A DNA stretch of 62,863 nt from an uncultured Clostridium sp. (GTDB lineage: Bacteria; Bacillota; Clostridia; TANB77; CAG-508). The notes below the pieces were generated by a model. The model was not told the DNA's origin and did not search any database. It saw only the letters and a list, made by a program, of their open reading frames with translations. Numbering within the stretch: the stretch's first letter is position 1; each line of letters opens with the position of its first letter. The DNA is taken from contig CAOKNG010000004.1 of the NCBI GenBank assembly GCA_948470025.1, forward strand, positions 1-62,863, given 5' to 3'. Of this stretch, positions 40,214-51,141 are shown in pieces. A program made the position numbers and the translations under genes.

Positions 40214-42103
40214 TTATTTATAGTCTTTTCCTAATATAATTGTGTAGTCTACTTGTGAATTGTTGTATTTTTTACTAATTGTACCATATTTTAAGGCTTG
40301 TTTTAGTTTTTTAGATACACTGTCTTCCTGATTGCTTCGGTTAATAATGCTTGTTTTGGTAGTTGTTTTAGTATTACCTTTTTTTACAACTTCATACCCT
40401 TTTTGTTCTAATTGTTCTACTGCTTTTGTAAGATTTTTTTCACTTCCACTTCCATTTAGTAATTCGATTTTTATTTTAGGTTGTGTTACACTCGAAGTGG
40501 TGTTCCCTCCTGGAATCGTATTTCCTACGGTATTTGTGTTTTCCTCTTGTTCATCTTCTTGTATTTCTCTTTCTTCTATGAATAATTCTTCTACTAATTT
40601 TTTGGTTTGTTTTATATTTGGTGTATAAATCCATACTTTGTTTGCAAGTTCTGCCTCTCCTGGTAAGGTTCCTGTTTTTAATTCTTCTGGATTAAAATTA
40701 ACTGCGTAAGGAAGATAGTCTTTTATGGTATCAAAAGTCATATTGGTAGTAATATTTTTAAATCCGATTTCTGCAATTTGTACTAGTTTTAATAAGTTTT
40801 CTGGTCTTACGGTTTGTTTCATTACTTGTGTAATAAATTCTCTTTGTGTTCTCATTCTTCCTATATCGTTGTCTCCATATTCTGTTGGATACGTACTTAG
40901 GTCATTACTATGCCTGAAACGTACAAGTCCTTCTGCTTGTTTTCCATCTAGTTTTTGTACTCCTGCTTTTAGATGAATGTATAGGTCTTGGGTTGGGTCA
41001 TCATAGTCCATATCGATTGGTACATCAAATGTAATCCCACCTAGGGCATCTACTAGTTGCACTAATGCTTTTGTATCGATAACAAGGTAGTTGTCAATTT
41101 CAAGTTCCGTTAATTCCTCAAGATGATTTACCATTCCTTCTAAGTTTTCGCCATTTCGATAAACAGAATTAATTTTGTAACTTGCAGAGGCTTTTGTTTT
41201 GTCTTTTCCAACATATGTGTCTCTTGGAATTGATAAAATAGCTGCTTTTTGGGTTTTTGGGTTATAGGAACATACCATGATAGTATCTGCTAATTTATAT
41301 TCCTCTTCTCCACTAATTCCTACTAATAAGAACTGAATAGGCTCTAGATCTTTTAATGTGTTTTCATCATGTCCTAATGCAGTTGCCATGAAACCCTGTA
41401 ACCCTCCTCCGTTTTTTTCCATACGGTACGCAAAGTAACATCCATATGCAATTCCTGAAAGGATTAATAAAATTACAAGCGTTTTAAAGATTTTCCATGG
41501 AATACTCTTTTTTCTTCTTTCTTTCTTTTCTTGTTTTCTTCTCTTTTTCTCTTGTCTTTTTTCTTCTTTTAATTCTCTTTTGTTTTTTGTTTTTTGTTTT
41601 TCTCTCATTTCCCCAATTTCCCTCTTTGTTCTTGGTTTTCTATTTTGTGGATTCGTATAAGTTTCTTCTCCTACATTCCTTTTTGTTGTTTTTCTGGTTT
41701 GTGAGTTGGCGTATGCTTCTTTTTTCACGTTTTTTTTATTCGTTGTTGCTGATTTTTTGTTTGTACTTGTTCTCGTTTGTGGGTCAATGTGGGAACTTGT
41801 CTTTCCATTTTTTTTACTAGTTGTTCTTGTTTGTGGAGCAATGTTAGCCTCTGTTTTTACAGGCTTTTGAGATTGTTTTTGAGTTGCCCTTTGTACTTGC
41901 ATGGTCATTTCCTCAATCCTTCTTGCTCCTCTTTTGGTTCTTGTTGCTCTACTAGGTGAAATATTATAATCTATCTCGTTACTTTTTCTTGTTGTTGATT
42001 TTCTATTTTGTGTATCTATATTAGCACTTGCCCCAGTGTTTTTTTTCGTTGTTTTTGGTCTATTATTTGGTTTATTTCCTTCTTCTGTTCCTTCTTTTTT
42101 CAT
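40214..42103 (-). CDS. LytR-CpsA-Psr (LCP) family protein with a long basic repetitive N-terminal tail and a LytR_C-like C-terminus
   Basis: TM helix then ...ILSIPRDTYV...KIN(S/A).Y... LCP core; 629 aa. Confidence 0.85.
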   Translation of the reverse strand: MKKEGTEEGNKPNNRPKTTKKNTGASANIDTQNRKSTTRKSNEIDYNISPSRATRTKRGARRIEEMTMQVQRATQKQSQKPVKTEANIAPQTRTTSKKNGKTSSHIDPQTRTSTNKKSATTNKKNVKKEAYANSQTRKTTKRNVGEETYTNPQNRKPRTKREIGEMREKQKTKNKRELKEEKRQEKKRRKQEKKERRKKSIPWKIFKTLVILLILSGIAYGCYFAYRMEKNGGGLQGFMATALGHDENTLKDLEPIQFLLVGISGEEEYKLADTIMVCSYNPKTQKAAILSIPRDTYVGKDKTKASASYKINSVYRNGENLEGMVNHLEELTELEIDNYLVIDTKALVQLVDALGGITFDVPIDMDYDDPTQDLYIHLKAGVQKLDGKQAEGLVRFRHSNDLSTYPTEYGDNDIGRMRTQREFITQVMKQTVRPENLLKLVQIAEIGFKNITTNMTFDTIKDYLPYAVNFNPEELKTGTLPGEAELANKVWIYTPNIKQTKKLVEELFIEEREIQEDEQEENTNTVGNTIPGGNTTSSVTQPKIKIELLNGSGSEKNLTKAVEQLEQKGYEVVKKGNTKTTTKTSIINRSNQEDSVSKKLKQALKYGTISKKYNNSQVDYTIILGKDYK

Positions 42104-42266
42104 AGTTTCACTCCCTATTATTTTATGTACTTTTTAGTATAGCAAATATCCTTTAAAATATCAACTAATTCGACTAGAAAATCAAAATCTTCATTTTATT
42201 TTAATATTTTACTAAATTTATATTGACCATATTAAAATAGCCAAGTTTGCTACTTGGCTATTGGTT

Positions 42267-42929
42267 TTAGAAAAATAGGATTAAGATAAGGTTGTAGTTG
42301 TATAAAAATTTGGTAATAAAACTATGGTCGATTTGTTCTAGTATGGCGGTTTGGTTTAACATTGGTAATACGAAGCTTGCTATGGCAAGAAGGGCATATA
42401 AGATAACCATTCCTCTTAGGATACCGTATAGAATTCCTCCTAGTTCATTAAATTGTTTGACGATTGGTAATTCGGATAAGGCTTCTAATAGGACTTTTGC
42501 AAATAGTAATAGTAATCGTGTTACTATGAATATGACTATCATCGTGATAATTTGGATGATACTTGTGGTTAAGTTTTTGGTTACCATCTCGGCTACGTTT
42601 TGTTGTGCTTGTTTTACGGTGGTTTCAATTCCATCGTTTATGTAGTTTACTACCATTCCTGGTAATTCGCTTTCTTCTTTGTTTATTTTTTTGCCTGCTT
42701 CTATGTTAGTTCCTGCTAGTTTTTCGTAGATGGTGTTTTGTATTGCGTCATCCCATGTGGTGTTTTCAATGATGAGATTTGCTACTGGTTTGTATAAAAT
42801 TAGCGTAATTAAAATTGCGATGATAAAGGCTACAATTTTAAAAATAACACCAATTAGTCCTTGTTTGTAGCCAAGAAATATGCTAAGTGCTAAAATTGCA
42901 ATGACTGCTAAATCCAAAAATATTGCCAT
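42267..42929 (-). CDS. cvpA: CvpA family membrane protein
   Basis: N-terminus LDLAVIAILALSIFLGYKQGLI with four TM helices. Confidence 0.75.
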   Translation of the reverse strand: MAIFLDLAVIAILALSIFLGYKQGLIGVIFKIVAFIIAILITLILYKPVANLIIENTTWDDAIQNTIYEKLAGTNIEAGKKINKEESELPGMVVNYINDGIETTVKQAQQNVAEMVTKNLTTSIIQIITMIVIFIVTRLLLLFAKVLLEALSELPIVKQFNELGGILYGILRGMVILYALLAIASFVLPMLNQTAILEQIDHSFITKFLYNYNLILILFF

Positions 42930-42943
42930 TGTTTTTCTCCTTT

Positions 42944-44156
42944 CTACAAATTCACCACATCAATTCGGTCTTTGTATAGAATTCCTGCAATTTTGTCCCC
43001 TAATAGAATGTCTTTTACTTCTTTTTCGGAGGTGTATTTTCTGGTTAACCAACCATTGGTGGTAATAAATTGAATTTCACTTCCTAGGTTTAGGGCTATG
43101 TTGTTTCCATGTGTTTTTAGGTCTTTTACGGTTCCTTCTGCAATGTAGAGATTTTCTTTTTCGGTAGTGATACTTTTGATGGTGACTTGTGTGTTGATAT
43201 TTAGGAAGCCTCCATTTTTTTCGATGGTGTACATGGCATATCCATCTAGTTTGATACTGGCAAATGTGACTTTTTCTCCCAAAAAGGATATGATTTGTTC
43301 GTTTTGGTCTTGGTAAATACTACGAATTTCGTTATCGTACATACAGGCTAAGTGGTTTTTTCCTTCGTATTCTACATTTTTGATAAGTTGTTCCCCAGTT
43401 ACTTGGTAGGTATCAATAACGGAATTGCTTGGGTCTGTTTGTGCTTTTTCGATTGAGATGATTTTGACACTGGATTGAATGAGTGTTCCACTGGTATTAA
43501 TTTCTGCAATAGCAAGTTGCCTGTTGTCTCTTGAAATGCTACAATCGATACAGGTTGTACTAGATAGATAGGTTTTAAATAATTCTTTTCCTGAGGCATT
43601 GTAGACAATTACAACATTTTTGTAGCTTCCTCCTGTTACAATAACTGATACATAACCATTTCGATTGACATTGATTTTTTGAATTTGTCCTTCTATTTCT
43701 TTTTGCCAAGAAATGCTACCACCTTCAATTTGATACAGGTTTTGTCCATTTTTTTGCCCTACTACAAAGTAACGTCCATTTGAAGCATATAGGGCATCAC
43801 TTACCCCAATTTCAATTTCATATTCTTTTTTTCCGAGAGGCATTATAAATGCTCATTTGATGCTTGCTTAGTACCGTAATATATTGGTCAAAGGCATATA
43901 TACTTGGATTTTCTAAATCGCTAATATCAATACGGCTTGCATTGTTTTCGGTAATTTCTTTTCGGAAAATGTAACGGTCAAAAAACGTTCTGACATTTCG
44001 ATTTCCTATGTAGAAACCGATGGATAATATGATAATGGTTGTTACTGCAATACTAATTCCAATTGCAATTTTCTTCTTTTTTTCAATATCAAGCGTAATT
44101 TGCATTTTTTCCTCCCTTTCTTCTTTTGTTATATCAGTTTTTGTGGTTTTTTTCAA
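42944..44156 (-). CDS. Membrane-anchored repeat protein (DUF5711-like, tentative); +1 step at CGG 43833-43835
   Basis: ORFs 43818-44156 and 42944-43843 join as SIYNAS-GKKEYEIEIG. Confidence 0.6.
43833..43835 (-). other. in-frame CGG at ORF junction (TCT C GGA)
   Basis: Upstream frame reads GCC TCT CGG AAA AAA AGA ATA TGA. The +1 frame reads GGA AAA AAA GAA TAT GAA. Confidence 0.8.
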
Positions 44157-45173
44157 GTTTTTTTATTTTTTTTTAAGATTAAAATCATTTGAAAAAGTCC
44201 TAATACTCCACAAATAGGATAAAGTAGGTTTACAAGTGTGGTGAATCCTATTTTGGAAACAAAGAAGGCGATGGCACACATGATGATTACTTTTGTTTTA
44301 TATTGTTTTTTACTAACTTTGTATTTTTCTAAAAAACCATAGCCCGCTGATATGGCTGAGGTGTAGATGGAGGCTAAAATGACGATTCCAAATAGGATTT
44401 GATAGCTTTTGTTCATTTGTCCTGCTACATAAACCGTGGGAAGTTCTATTTTGCTAATATCGATATCGATGGTTTGGAGTATTGCAAAAACGCTTAAGGC
44501 AAGAAGGGTTAGTATGATAATGCATACGATTGCTATTGCCGTAATGTCTATTTTTTTCCTAATACATTTAGCAAGGGATAGTAGCATGGGTATTAGAACA
44601 ATACTATTATAGCTTGTGTAGATAATGGCTTTGGTGATGGCTTCTATCATTGTGGTTTGATTTACGGAATAAAGGGGTAGGGTAATGGCGTTTTGATTTT
44701 GATAGGTTAGTAACATGATGGCTAAAATGAGAATGGGTACTAGTAGGGTGTTTACTTTCATGAGTGTTTCGATATTTCCTATTAATATTTTATAGCATAA
44801 TAAAACAATAATGCCTGTTCCTATGGAAGCTGGAATTTGCCATTCTTGTGAGAAATAGGCACTAAATCCTGCTATCATAACATAAAAGGAAATCAGTAGA
44901 AACAAATTCATAATGATTTGTATAACATTTTTTACTCTTTTACTTACTCCAAAGCTGTTAATAAATTGTTCGTAGTTTTCGATGTTTTCTTGTTTGCTCA
45001 TGGTAAGGATTTTGTAAATTAAAATTCCCATTAGGACAGAGGATACAAAAATTCCTATTATTCCAGCAGTTTGATATTTTCCAAAGAATAAGTAGATTTC
45101 TTGCCCGTGATGCAAACCCTGCTCCTATAATGGTGCCAATAATAACAAAAATAATTTTTGCAATTTGTTTCAT
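44153..45173 (-). CDS. YkvI-family polytopic membrane protein; +1 step at CGG 45105-45107
   Basis: ORFs 44958-45173 and 44153-45115 join as IIGAGFAS-GQEIYLFFG. Confidence 0.65.
45105..45107 (-). other. in-frame CGG at ORF junction (TCA C GGG)
   Basis: Upstream frame reads GCA TCA CGG GCA AGA. The +1 frame reads GGG CAA GAA ATC TAC. Confidence 0.85.
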
Positions 45174-45217
45174 AAAAACCTCCCATTGTTTATCTTATGA
45201 GAGGTTTTTTTGAAATA

Positions 45218-47312
45218 TTATCTTTTCTTTTTACGAAGAAACCATATTCCCATTCCTAATATAAGAATACTCATTGGATATAGAACAATGATGCTTCGAA
45301 TGATGGCATGTTCCGTAGGGCTTGCGGTATATTGTATGGTTCCTATATTTTTTCTAATGGATATTCCTTCTTCCCTTTTGGTTAGTTCTGCAATGGTATT
45401 TAGAAAATAATCTTTGTTGTTATAAAATTCGATTGGGGATACTTGTGTGTTTTGTATGGTGATGGGATAATCGGCTACAAAGAAGTTGTTGGAAATGGCA
45501 TATAAGGTTGCAGTTGGTGCGTTTTCTTCCTCGGATAATTGTTTTTCTAAACTTACTCCTAATATGAATTTTCCTTCTTCATCTGAAGCAATTTTTCCGG
45601 TTTTGTGTGTTTTCGATTTCGGTTCGGAAAAGTGCTTGCTCAGAGGTGGTTAAAATGACATGTGGTGTGATGTTTCTTTGTTCTAATTCTTCATCTGAAA
45701 GTAAGCTGATTTTTGTGGCATTTATCAATAAAATTCCTCCACTTCTTGCTATGTCTTTTGTTGCATTGGTAGTGGTGATGTTCGGGATAATGTAGTTTGG
45801 TGATTGTAGTGCCATTTTACTAGTATCTTGTTCTAAGATAATTCCATTTTCTATGGTGAGCCCAAATTGGTCTAGTAGTTTTTGTAGGTTTGGAAAGGCT
45901 TCTTTGGTGATGAATGGGTCACTTATATAAAGTAGTTTTCCTCCTTTTTGAATATAGGTTGTTAGGGTATTTACTTCTTCTTCAAAAAAGTCTTTTTGTG
46001 GGCTTTGTATGATGATTAAATTTGCCTCTTCTGGTATGTCTTTGGTAACGAGTAAATCTAAGGTGTGTATGTCGTAGCTTTCATTTTGCAAATAACGTTG
46101 TAATAGTGTTTGTTCTTCTGCTAGGTTGTATTCCCCATGTCCTATTAAGAAGTATAAATGTGTTTTGTCTTGTTTGCTTACATTGACAATGGCATTGGTT
46201 ATTTTTTCTTCGGAAATGTCGGTTTGTTCATTGCTTACATAATCGTAGGTATATAAATCTTCTAATTCTATTTTTTGGTTTTGTTGTTGGCTTTCAATAA
46301 GAAGGCATTGTGTTTGTGTTGTTATGTTATATTTTTCTTTTAAGTCTGCTCTTGTATTTATATCTTCTATGGTTTCTACTTGAATATGTTCATTTGCTTT
46401 GGTGTATTGTTTTGCTAAATCTTTTAGGGAAGATTCTTCGCCAAATCCAACTAGATAGATGGTAATATCGGTTTGGATGTCTTGTATTTTTTGTTTGGAT
46501 GTATTAGACAAGGTAAATAGTTTTGTTTTGGTAAGGTCAAGGTCTGGTATGTCTATTTTTCGTAAGATAAGGTTGGTTGCAAAAAATAACAAAAACAAAA
46601 TAACAATAATGAGAATGGTGGTTATATTTTGCCTTTTGATACTTTTTCTTTTTTGTAATACTAGAATGGTAAGAATGACAAAAACAATGGTAAAACTTAT
46701 GTAGTTAAAGATTTCCGTAATAGAAATTAGTCCTGCTGGAAATTTGTCAAACAAGTTAATTAGAGATAGTGGCAAAAGGTTTTGGCTAAAGTTTGGTAAA
46801 AACCATGTGATAACGAAAAAGGTAATGGTGATAACTCCTGCTACAATCTGGTTTTCTGTAATACTTGAGGCAAACATCCCAAAGGAAAGATATGCCATAC
46901 TTAGTAAGAAAAAACCAAATAGGGTTACTAGTATGGTTGGTAGATATATTACTCCTAAAAAACATAGTATTCCTAAATAGATAAGAGTACAAATTTCGGA
47001 AATTACAATCACAAGGATACTAGCAATTAACTTTCCTAATACAATACTGGTGGTACTAATGGGGGATGTGTATAGTAAGGTTTCGGTTCCTAGTTTTCGT
47101 TCTTCTGCAAACATACGCATGGTTAAAATGGGGGTGATAAAGGTTAAAATAGTACTAACAGAATAGAACATGTTTTCAAATTGTAAACTTCCATAGTTAA
47201 TTACATCTAGGTAAAAAAATAGACTTGCCATTGCTAAAAATAACCCAATAAATACATATCCAATTGGGGATAAAAAATAGGTTTTTACTTCTTTTTTGAT
47301 AATGGCCCACAT
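45218..47312 (-). CDS. ABC-2-type permease fused to a GldG-like domain with a C-terminal TM anchor; +1 step at CGG 45597-45599
   Basis: ORF 45579-47312 continues in the +1 frame (NTQN-GKIASDEEGKF...GIWFLRKKKR*) to the stop at 45218-45220. Confidence 0.7.
45597..45599 (-). other. in-frame CGG at frame junction (AAC C GGA)
   Basis: Upstream frame reads CAA AAC CGG AAA AAT TGC TTC AGA TGA. The +1 frame reads GGA AAA ATT GCT TCA. Confidence 0.8.
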
Positions 47313-47315
47313 GTT

Positions 47316-48296
47316 TTAGTTTTCCTCCTTTTTGGTTATTAATTCCATAAATGCCTCTTCTAAAGTGGCTTCCGATTTTTTTAATTCAAATATCGTCATT
47401 TGTTCTTTGGCATATTTAGCAAATAATTCTTTTCGAATGTCTACGTCTTTTTTGGTTATGATGTTATATTCTTTGGTTCCATCTTCATTGTCTTGTATAA
47501 ATTCAAGTTTTTCAATTCCAGAAATCGTTTTGGCAATCTCTTCTATTTTTTCTTTCTTGCCTTCAACGGTTAGTTTAATGATGGTTTCTTTTTTTACTTT
47601 GTTTTCTAAGTTTTGTGGTGTATCAATTGCGACAATGTTTCCTTGGTTTAGAATGATTACTTTTTTACATAGTTTGCTAACTTCGGATAAAATGTGAGAG
47701 CTTAAAATGATGGTATGGTTTTTTCCTAAGTTTTGAATTACTTCTCGAATTTGGGTGATTTGTTTTGGGTCAAGTCCTACGGTTGGTTCGTCTAAGATAA
47801 GAATTTTGGGATTCGCAACAAGTGCTCCTGCTAAACTTACTCGCTGTTTATAGCCTCTTGATAATTGCTTAATTAGTTGGTTTTGTACTTCGTTTAAATT
47901 GGTTTTATTGATGGCTTCTTCCATGTTTTTTTGTTTTTCTTTTGGTGGTACTTTTTTTAAGTCTGCCATAAATCCAATAAATTCTTTTACGGTTAAGTCT
48001 TTATACAATGGGATTCCTTCTGGCATATATCCAATTTGTGCTTTTGCGTTTTTAGGGTCTTTTAATAAATCGTATCCGCAAATTTGGATTTCTCCTTCGG
48101 TTGGTTCTATAAAACCAGTTAGTAGATTCATGGTTGTACTTTTTCCTGCACCATTTGGTCCAAGTAGTCCTACGGTTTCTCCTTCTTTTATATGGAAGCA
48201 TAGGTTACTTACTGCGGTTTTGTCTCCATATGCTTTGGTTACTTTGTTTACTTTTATCAATTCTTCTTCCTCCTGTTTTTGTTCCCATACTATCAT
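47316..48296 (-). CDS. ABC transporter ATP-binding protein
   Basis: Walker A GPNGAGKST, signature LSRGYKQR, Walker B ILILDEP. Confidence 0.9.
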   Translation of the reverse strand: MIVWEQKQEEEELIKVNKVTKAYGDKTAVSNLCFHIKEGETVGLLGPNGAGKSTTMNLLTGFIEPTEGEIQICGYDLLKDPKNAKAQIGYMPEGIPLYKDLTVKEFIGFMADLKKVPPKEKQKNMEEAINKTNLNEVQNQLIKQLSRGYKQRVSLAGALVANPKILILDEPTVGLDPKQITQIREVIQNLGKNHTIILSSHILSEVSKLCKKVIILNQGNIVAIDTPQNLENKVKKETIIKLTVEGKKEKIEEIAKTISGIEKLEFIQDNEDGTKEYNIITKKDVDIRKELFAKYAKEQMTIFELKKSEATLEEAFMELITKKEEN

Positions 48297-48443
48297 GTCT
48301 GTTTTAGAATTTCAATTCTTTTTGTCAAGTTCACGAAAAATTCACATTTCTTACGGCTGTCTGTTTTTGCCGTTTTTTGTCTTCTTACATATTTTGTGCT
48401 TTTTAAGAATATGTATTAACAATTATGATGGGAGGCTTATCGT

Positions 48444-49055
48444 ATGATTTCCTTATTTTTCCTTGCTTTTTTTCTTATTTTTGTATCGGAGTTAGGGGAT
48501 AAGACACAACTTTTGGTATTATCCTTTTCTTCGAAGTTAAAGAGTTATTGTATTTTACTTGGGGTTGCCTTAGGGTCTTTTTTTAGCCATGGAATTGCAA
48601 TTTTATTTGGTGGTGCTCTTGGTAGTCTCAATCATCCCATAATTCATACTCTATTACAGTTTGTGACTTATCTTTCTTTTGTGTTTTTTGGTCTTTTGAC
48701 ATTGCTTACAAAAGAAAAAAAAGAGGATACGTCCTCTTCTTCTGGATTTTTGCACACGATTTCTAAATTACCAATTGGCTATATTCTTATGATTGCTAGT
48801 AGTATTGCCGTAGGGGAATTTGGTGATAAGACGTTTCTTGCGTCTTTAGGGCTTGGTATTAGTTATCCGAAAGCAAAGTTGTGGCTAATGTTAGGTGCTA
48901 TTTGGGGAATGGTAGTCAGTGATTCAATCGCCATTTTATTTGGGAAATTGCTATCCCATAAGGTTTCAGAAAAGCACATGAAATTATTGTCTGGTGGTTT
49001 GTTTTTGATATTTGGTGTAGGCGGGCTTGTTTCGTTTTTTATGGGAATATTATAA
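48444..49055 (+). CDS. UPF0016 / GDT1-TMEM165 family cation transporter
   Basis: Two E-x-G-D-K-T motifs (SELGDKTQL, GEFGDKTFL); six TM segments. Confidence 0.8.
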   Translation: MISLFFLAFFLIFVSELGDKTQLLVLSFSSKLKSYCILLGVALGSFFSHGIAILFGGALGSLNHPIIHTLLQFVTYLSFVFFGLLTLLTKEKKEDTSSSSGFLHTISKLPIGYILMIASSIAVGEFGDKTFLASLGLGISYPKAKLWLMLGAIWGMVVSDSIAILFGKLLSHKVSEKHMKLLSGGLFLIFGVGGLVSFFMGIL

Positions 49056-49067
49056 TTGCATTTCTTT

Positions 49068-49094
49068 GTAAGGGTGGGCCTTGTGTCCACCCGC
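49068..49094. repeat. GC-rich REP-like hairpin GTAAGGGTGG-GCCTTGTGT-CCACCCGCAT
   Basis: Shares the CCTTGTGT loop with 39772-39849 and 58605-58629. Confidence 0.5.
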
Positions 49095-49201
49095 ATTCAT
49101 TTATTGGCATATTTTTCAATACGTTTTGTGTTTTCCATTTGCAAATTTCTGTTTTTCATTGTATAATGTTTTTGCAAATATCTTTATCAAAGGAGACAAA
49201 C

Positions 49202-49495
49202 ATGACTAGTAAACAAAGAGCGTATTTACGAGGATTAGCAAATCCGTTAACTGCTATTTTTCAAATTGGGAAAAATGGTTTGAATGATAATTTAATAAAA
49301 CAAGTAAATGATGCCTTAGAGGCTCGTGAATTAATAAAATTATCTGTTTTAGAAACAGCACCAGAAGATAATCGTACTCTTGCAGAGGCACTTGCCTTGG
49401 CTACAAATTCGGTTTTAGTACAAGTAGTAGGAAATAAGATTACCTTATATCGTGCAAAAAAGAAAAATTCAAAAATTCAATTACCAGAAGGATAA
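49202..49495 (+). CDS. YhbY-family (CRM domain) RNA-binding protein
   Basis: ATG 49202 preceded by AAAGGAGA. Sequence reads KQRAYLRGLAN.L...FQIGKNG.... Confidence 0.7.
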   Translation: MTSKQRAYLRGLANPLTAIFQIGKNGLNDNLIKQVNDALEARELIKLSVLETAPEDNRTLAEALALATNSVLVQVVGNKITLYRAKKKNSKIQLPEG

Positions 49496-49501
49496 TAAAT
49501 T

Positions 49502-50308
49502 ATGTTATATCAAAACAAAGGAAAATTAAACCAACTTTCATTAACTGCCTCTAATTATGCAGTATTAATTGATTTTGATAGAACCATGACCACAATAGAT
49601 AGTGATGATTCTTGGACGGTTATTCAAAATCCTAATTTTCTAAACCCTGATTTATCCATAAAATCTAATAAACTTGCTCAAAAATACTGTCCTATCGAAA
49701 TGGATTATCACATGCCATCAGAAGAAAAATATTCCCATATGATAGATTGGTACACACAAGTTTTGGATTTATACTATCAATATGGTTTAACAAAAGAAAA
49801 ATTGATTTCTTGCGTGAAATACGGGAATCTTACTTTGCGTGAAGGCCTAAAAGACTTTCTATTTACTTTGCACCACAATCATGTCCCTGTTATCATTTTA
49901 TCGGCTGGAATTGGTAATGTGATTGAAGAAGTTTTAACTTTACATCATTGTTTTTATGATAATATTCACATTATTAGTAATTTTTTCACATTTCAAGATA
50001 ATACCCTTTTACCTTTTTCTAACCCTATTCTTCATACTTGTAATAAAACCATCAAAACTTTACCTAATCCCCTTATACAAATCTTAAAACAAAAAGAATA
50101 CTTTCTACTATTCGGTGATTTTATTGAAGACATCCACATGGTACCAAAGGGATATTTACCAAAAACTCTAAGTTTTGGTTTTTTAGAAAAAAACATAAAT
50201 GAAAATTTACAACCTTACAGAAACGCCTTTGATATTGTTTTAACAGATAATACTTCCTTTTACGAAGTACAAAATATCATTCATTCTCTTATGAAAAACG
50301 AGGATTAA
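49502..50308 (+). CDS. HAD-superfamily hydrolase, pyrimidine 5'-nucleotidase-like (tentative)
   Basis: DFDRTMT (DxDxT) near the N-terminus; 268 aa. Confidence 0.5.
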   Translation: MLYQNKGKLNQLSLTASNYAVLIDFDRTMTTIDSDDSWTVIQNPNFLNPDLSIKSNKLAQKYCPIEMDYHMPSEEKYSHMIDWYTQVLDLYYQYGLTKEKLISCVKYGNLTLREGLKDFLFTLHHNHVPVIILSAGIGNVIEEVLTLHHCFYDNIHIISNFFTFQDNTLLPFSNPILHTCNKTIKTLPNPLIQILKQKEYFLLFGDFIEDIHMVPKGYLPKTLSFGFLEKNINENLQPYRNAFDIVLTDNTSFYEVQNIIHSLMKNED

Positions 50309-50317
50309 CTAATTTTG

Positions 50318-51043
50318 TTAATCCTCGTTTATAATATCTCTTATATAATACTGATTTCCGTCTTTGTCTACGTATCGTAAATTGGGAAAGGTTTTTACCA
50401 TTTTTTCATTGGAAAATAGCGTTTCTTCTATTTTTCCTTTTGCTTTTTGCCATGATGATTGGTTTATAGAAGCTTGGCTCTGTTCTAGTTTATTTCCTGC
50501 TCTTTTTTGATATGCTGTAATTGCCCATACAGTTGCTAGTCCGTCTAGAATTAGTAATATGATAATGATACTATATATTCTCTTTTGGTTTGGTATTTTT
50601 TTAATGAATTTATCTACTTTGGGTTTGACATATCTTATAAGGACTACGGATAGCACGCCCCAATAAATGGAATATAGTAGACAAATTCTTCCGTTTATAT
50701 CGAAACCATAATAGGAATAGTCCCAAAAGCGAGTTCCATAGTAGGCTTCTAGTAAATAGCTTAGCGCATATTCAATGATATTTCCTAAAATACATCCTAT
50801 AAGAAATAGTCTCATTGGTTTTTCTTTGTAGGTGTGTAATGTTAAAATTAGTATGGTAGCTCCTACTCCATAAACAGGGCAAAATGGCCCCCATATTAAT
50901 CCTTTTCGACTTTCGATTACACCAGTTGTAACATAGCAAAATATGGTTTCTACGATTAATCCAATGATAGAAAAAATAATAAAATACCATAGTATTTGCT
51001 GATATGTTATCTCTTTTATTGTTTTTGATTGATTGTTATCCAC
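50318..51043 (-). CDS. Second 'putative ABC-transporter type IV' (DUF1113-like) membrane protein
   Basis: GLIWGPFCPVYGVGA motif. Paralogue of 4483-5259. Confidence 0.5.
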   Translation of the reverse strand: MDNNQSKTIKEITYQQILWYFIIFSIIGLIVETIFCYVTTGVIESRKGLIWGPFCPVYGVGATILILTLHTYKEKPMRLFLIGCILGNIIEYALSYLLEAYYGTRFWDYSYYGFDINGRICLLYSIYWGVLSVVLIRYVKPKVDKFIKKIPNQKRIYSIIIILLILDGLATVWAITAYQKRAGNKLEQSQASINQSSWQKAKGKIEETLFSNEKMVKTFPNLRYVDKDGNQYYIRDIINED

Positions 51044-51141
51044 ATTTTTCTCCTTTTTGCAAATGAGTTATTCTTATTTTACACCATTTTGTGAATAATT
51101 ACTATTTATTTTTTAATACTATATGAAAAAGGATAATTTTT

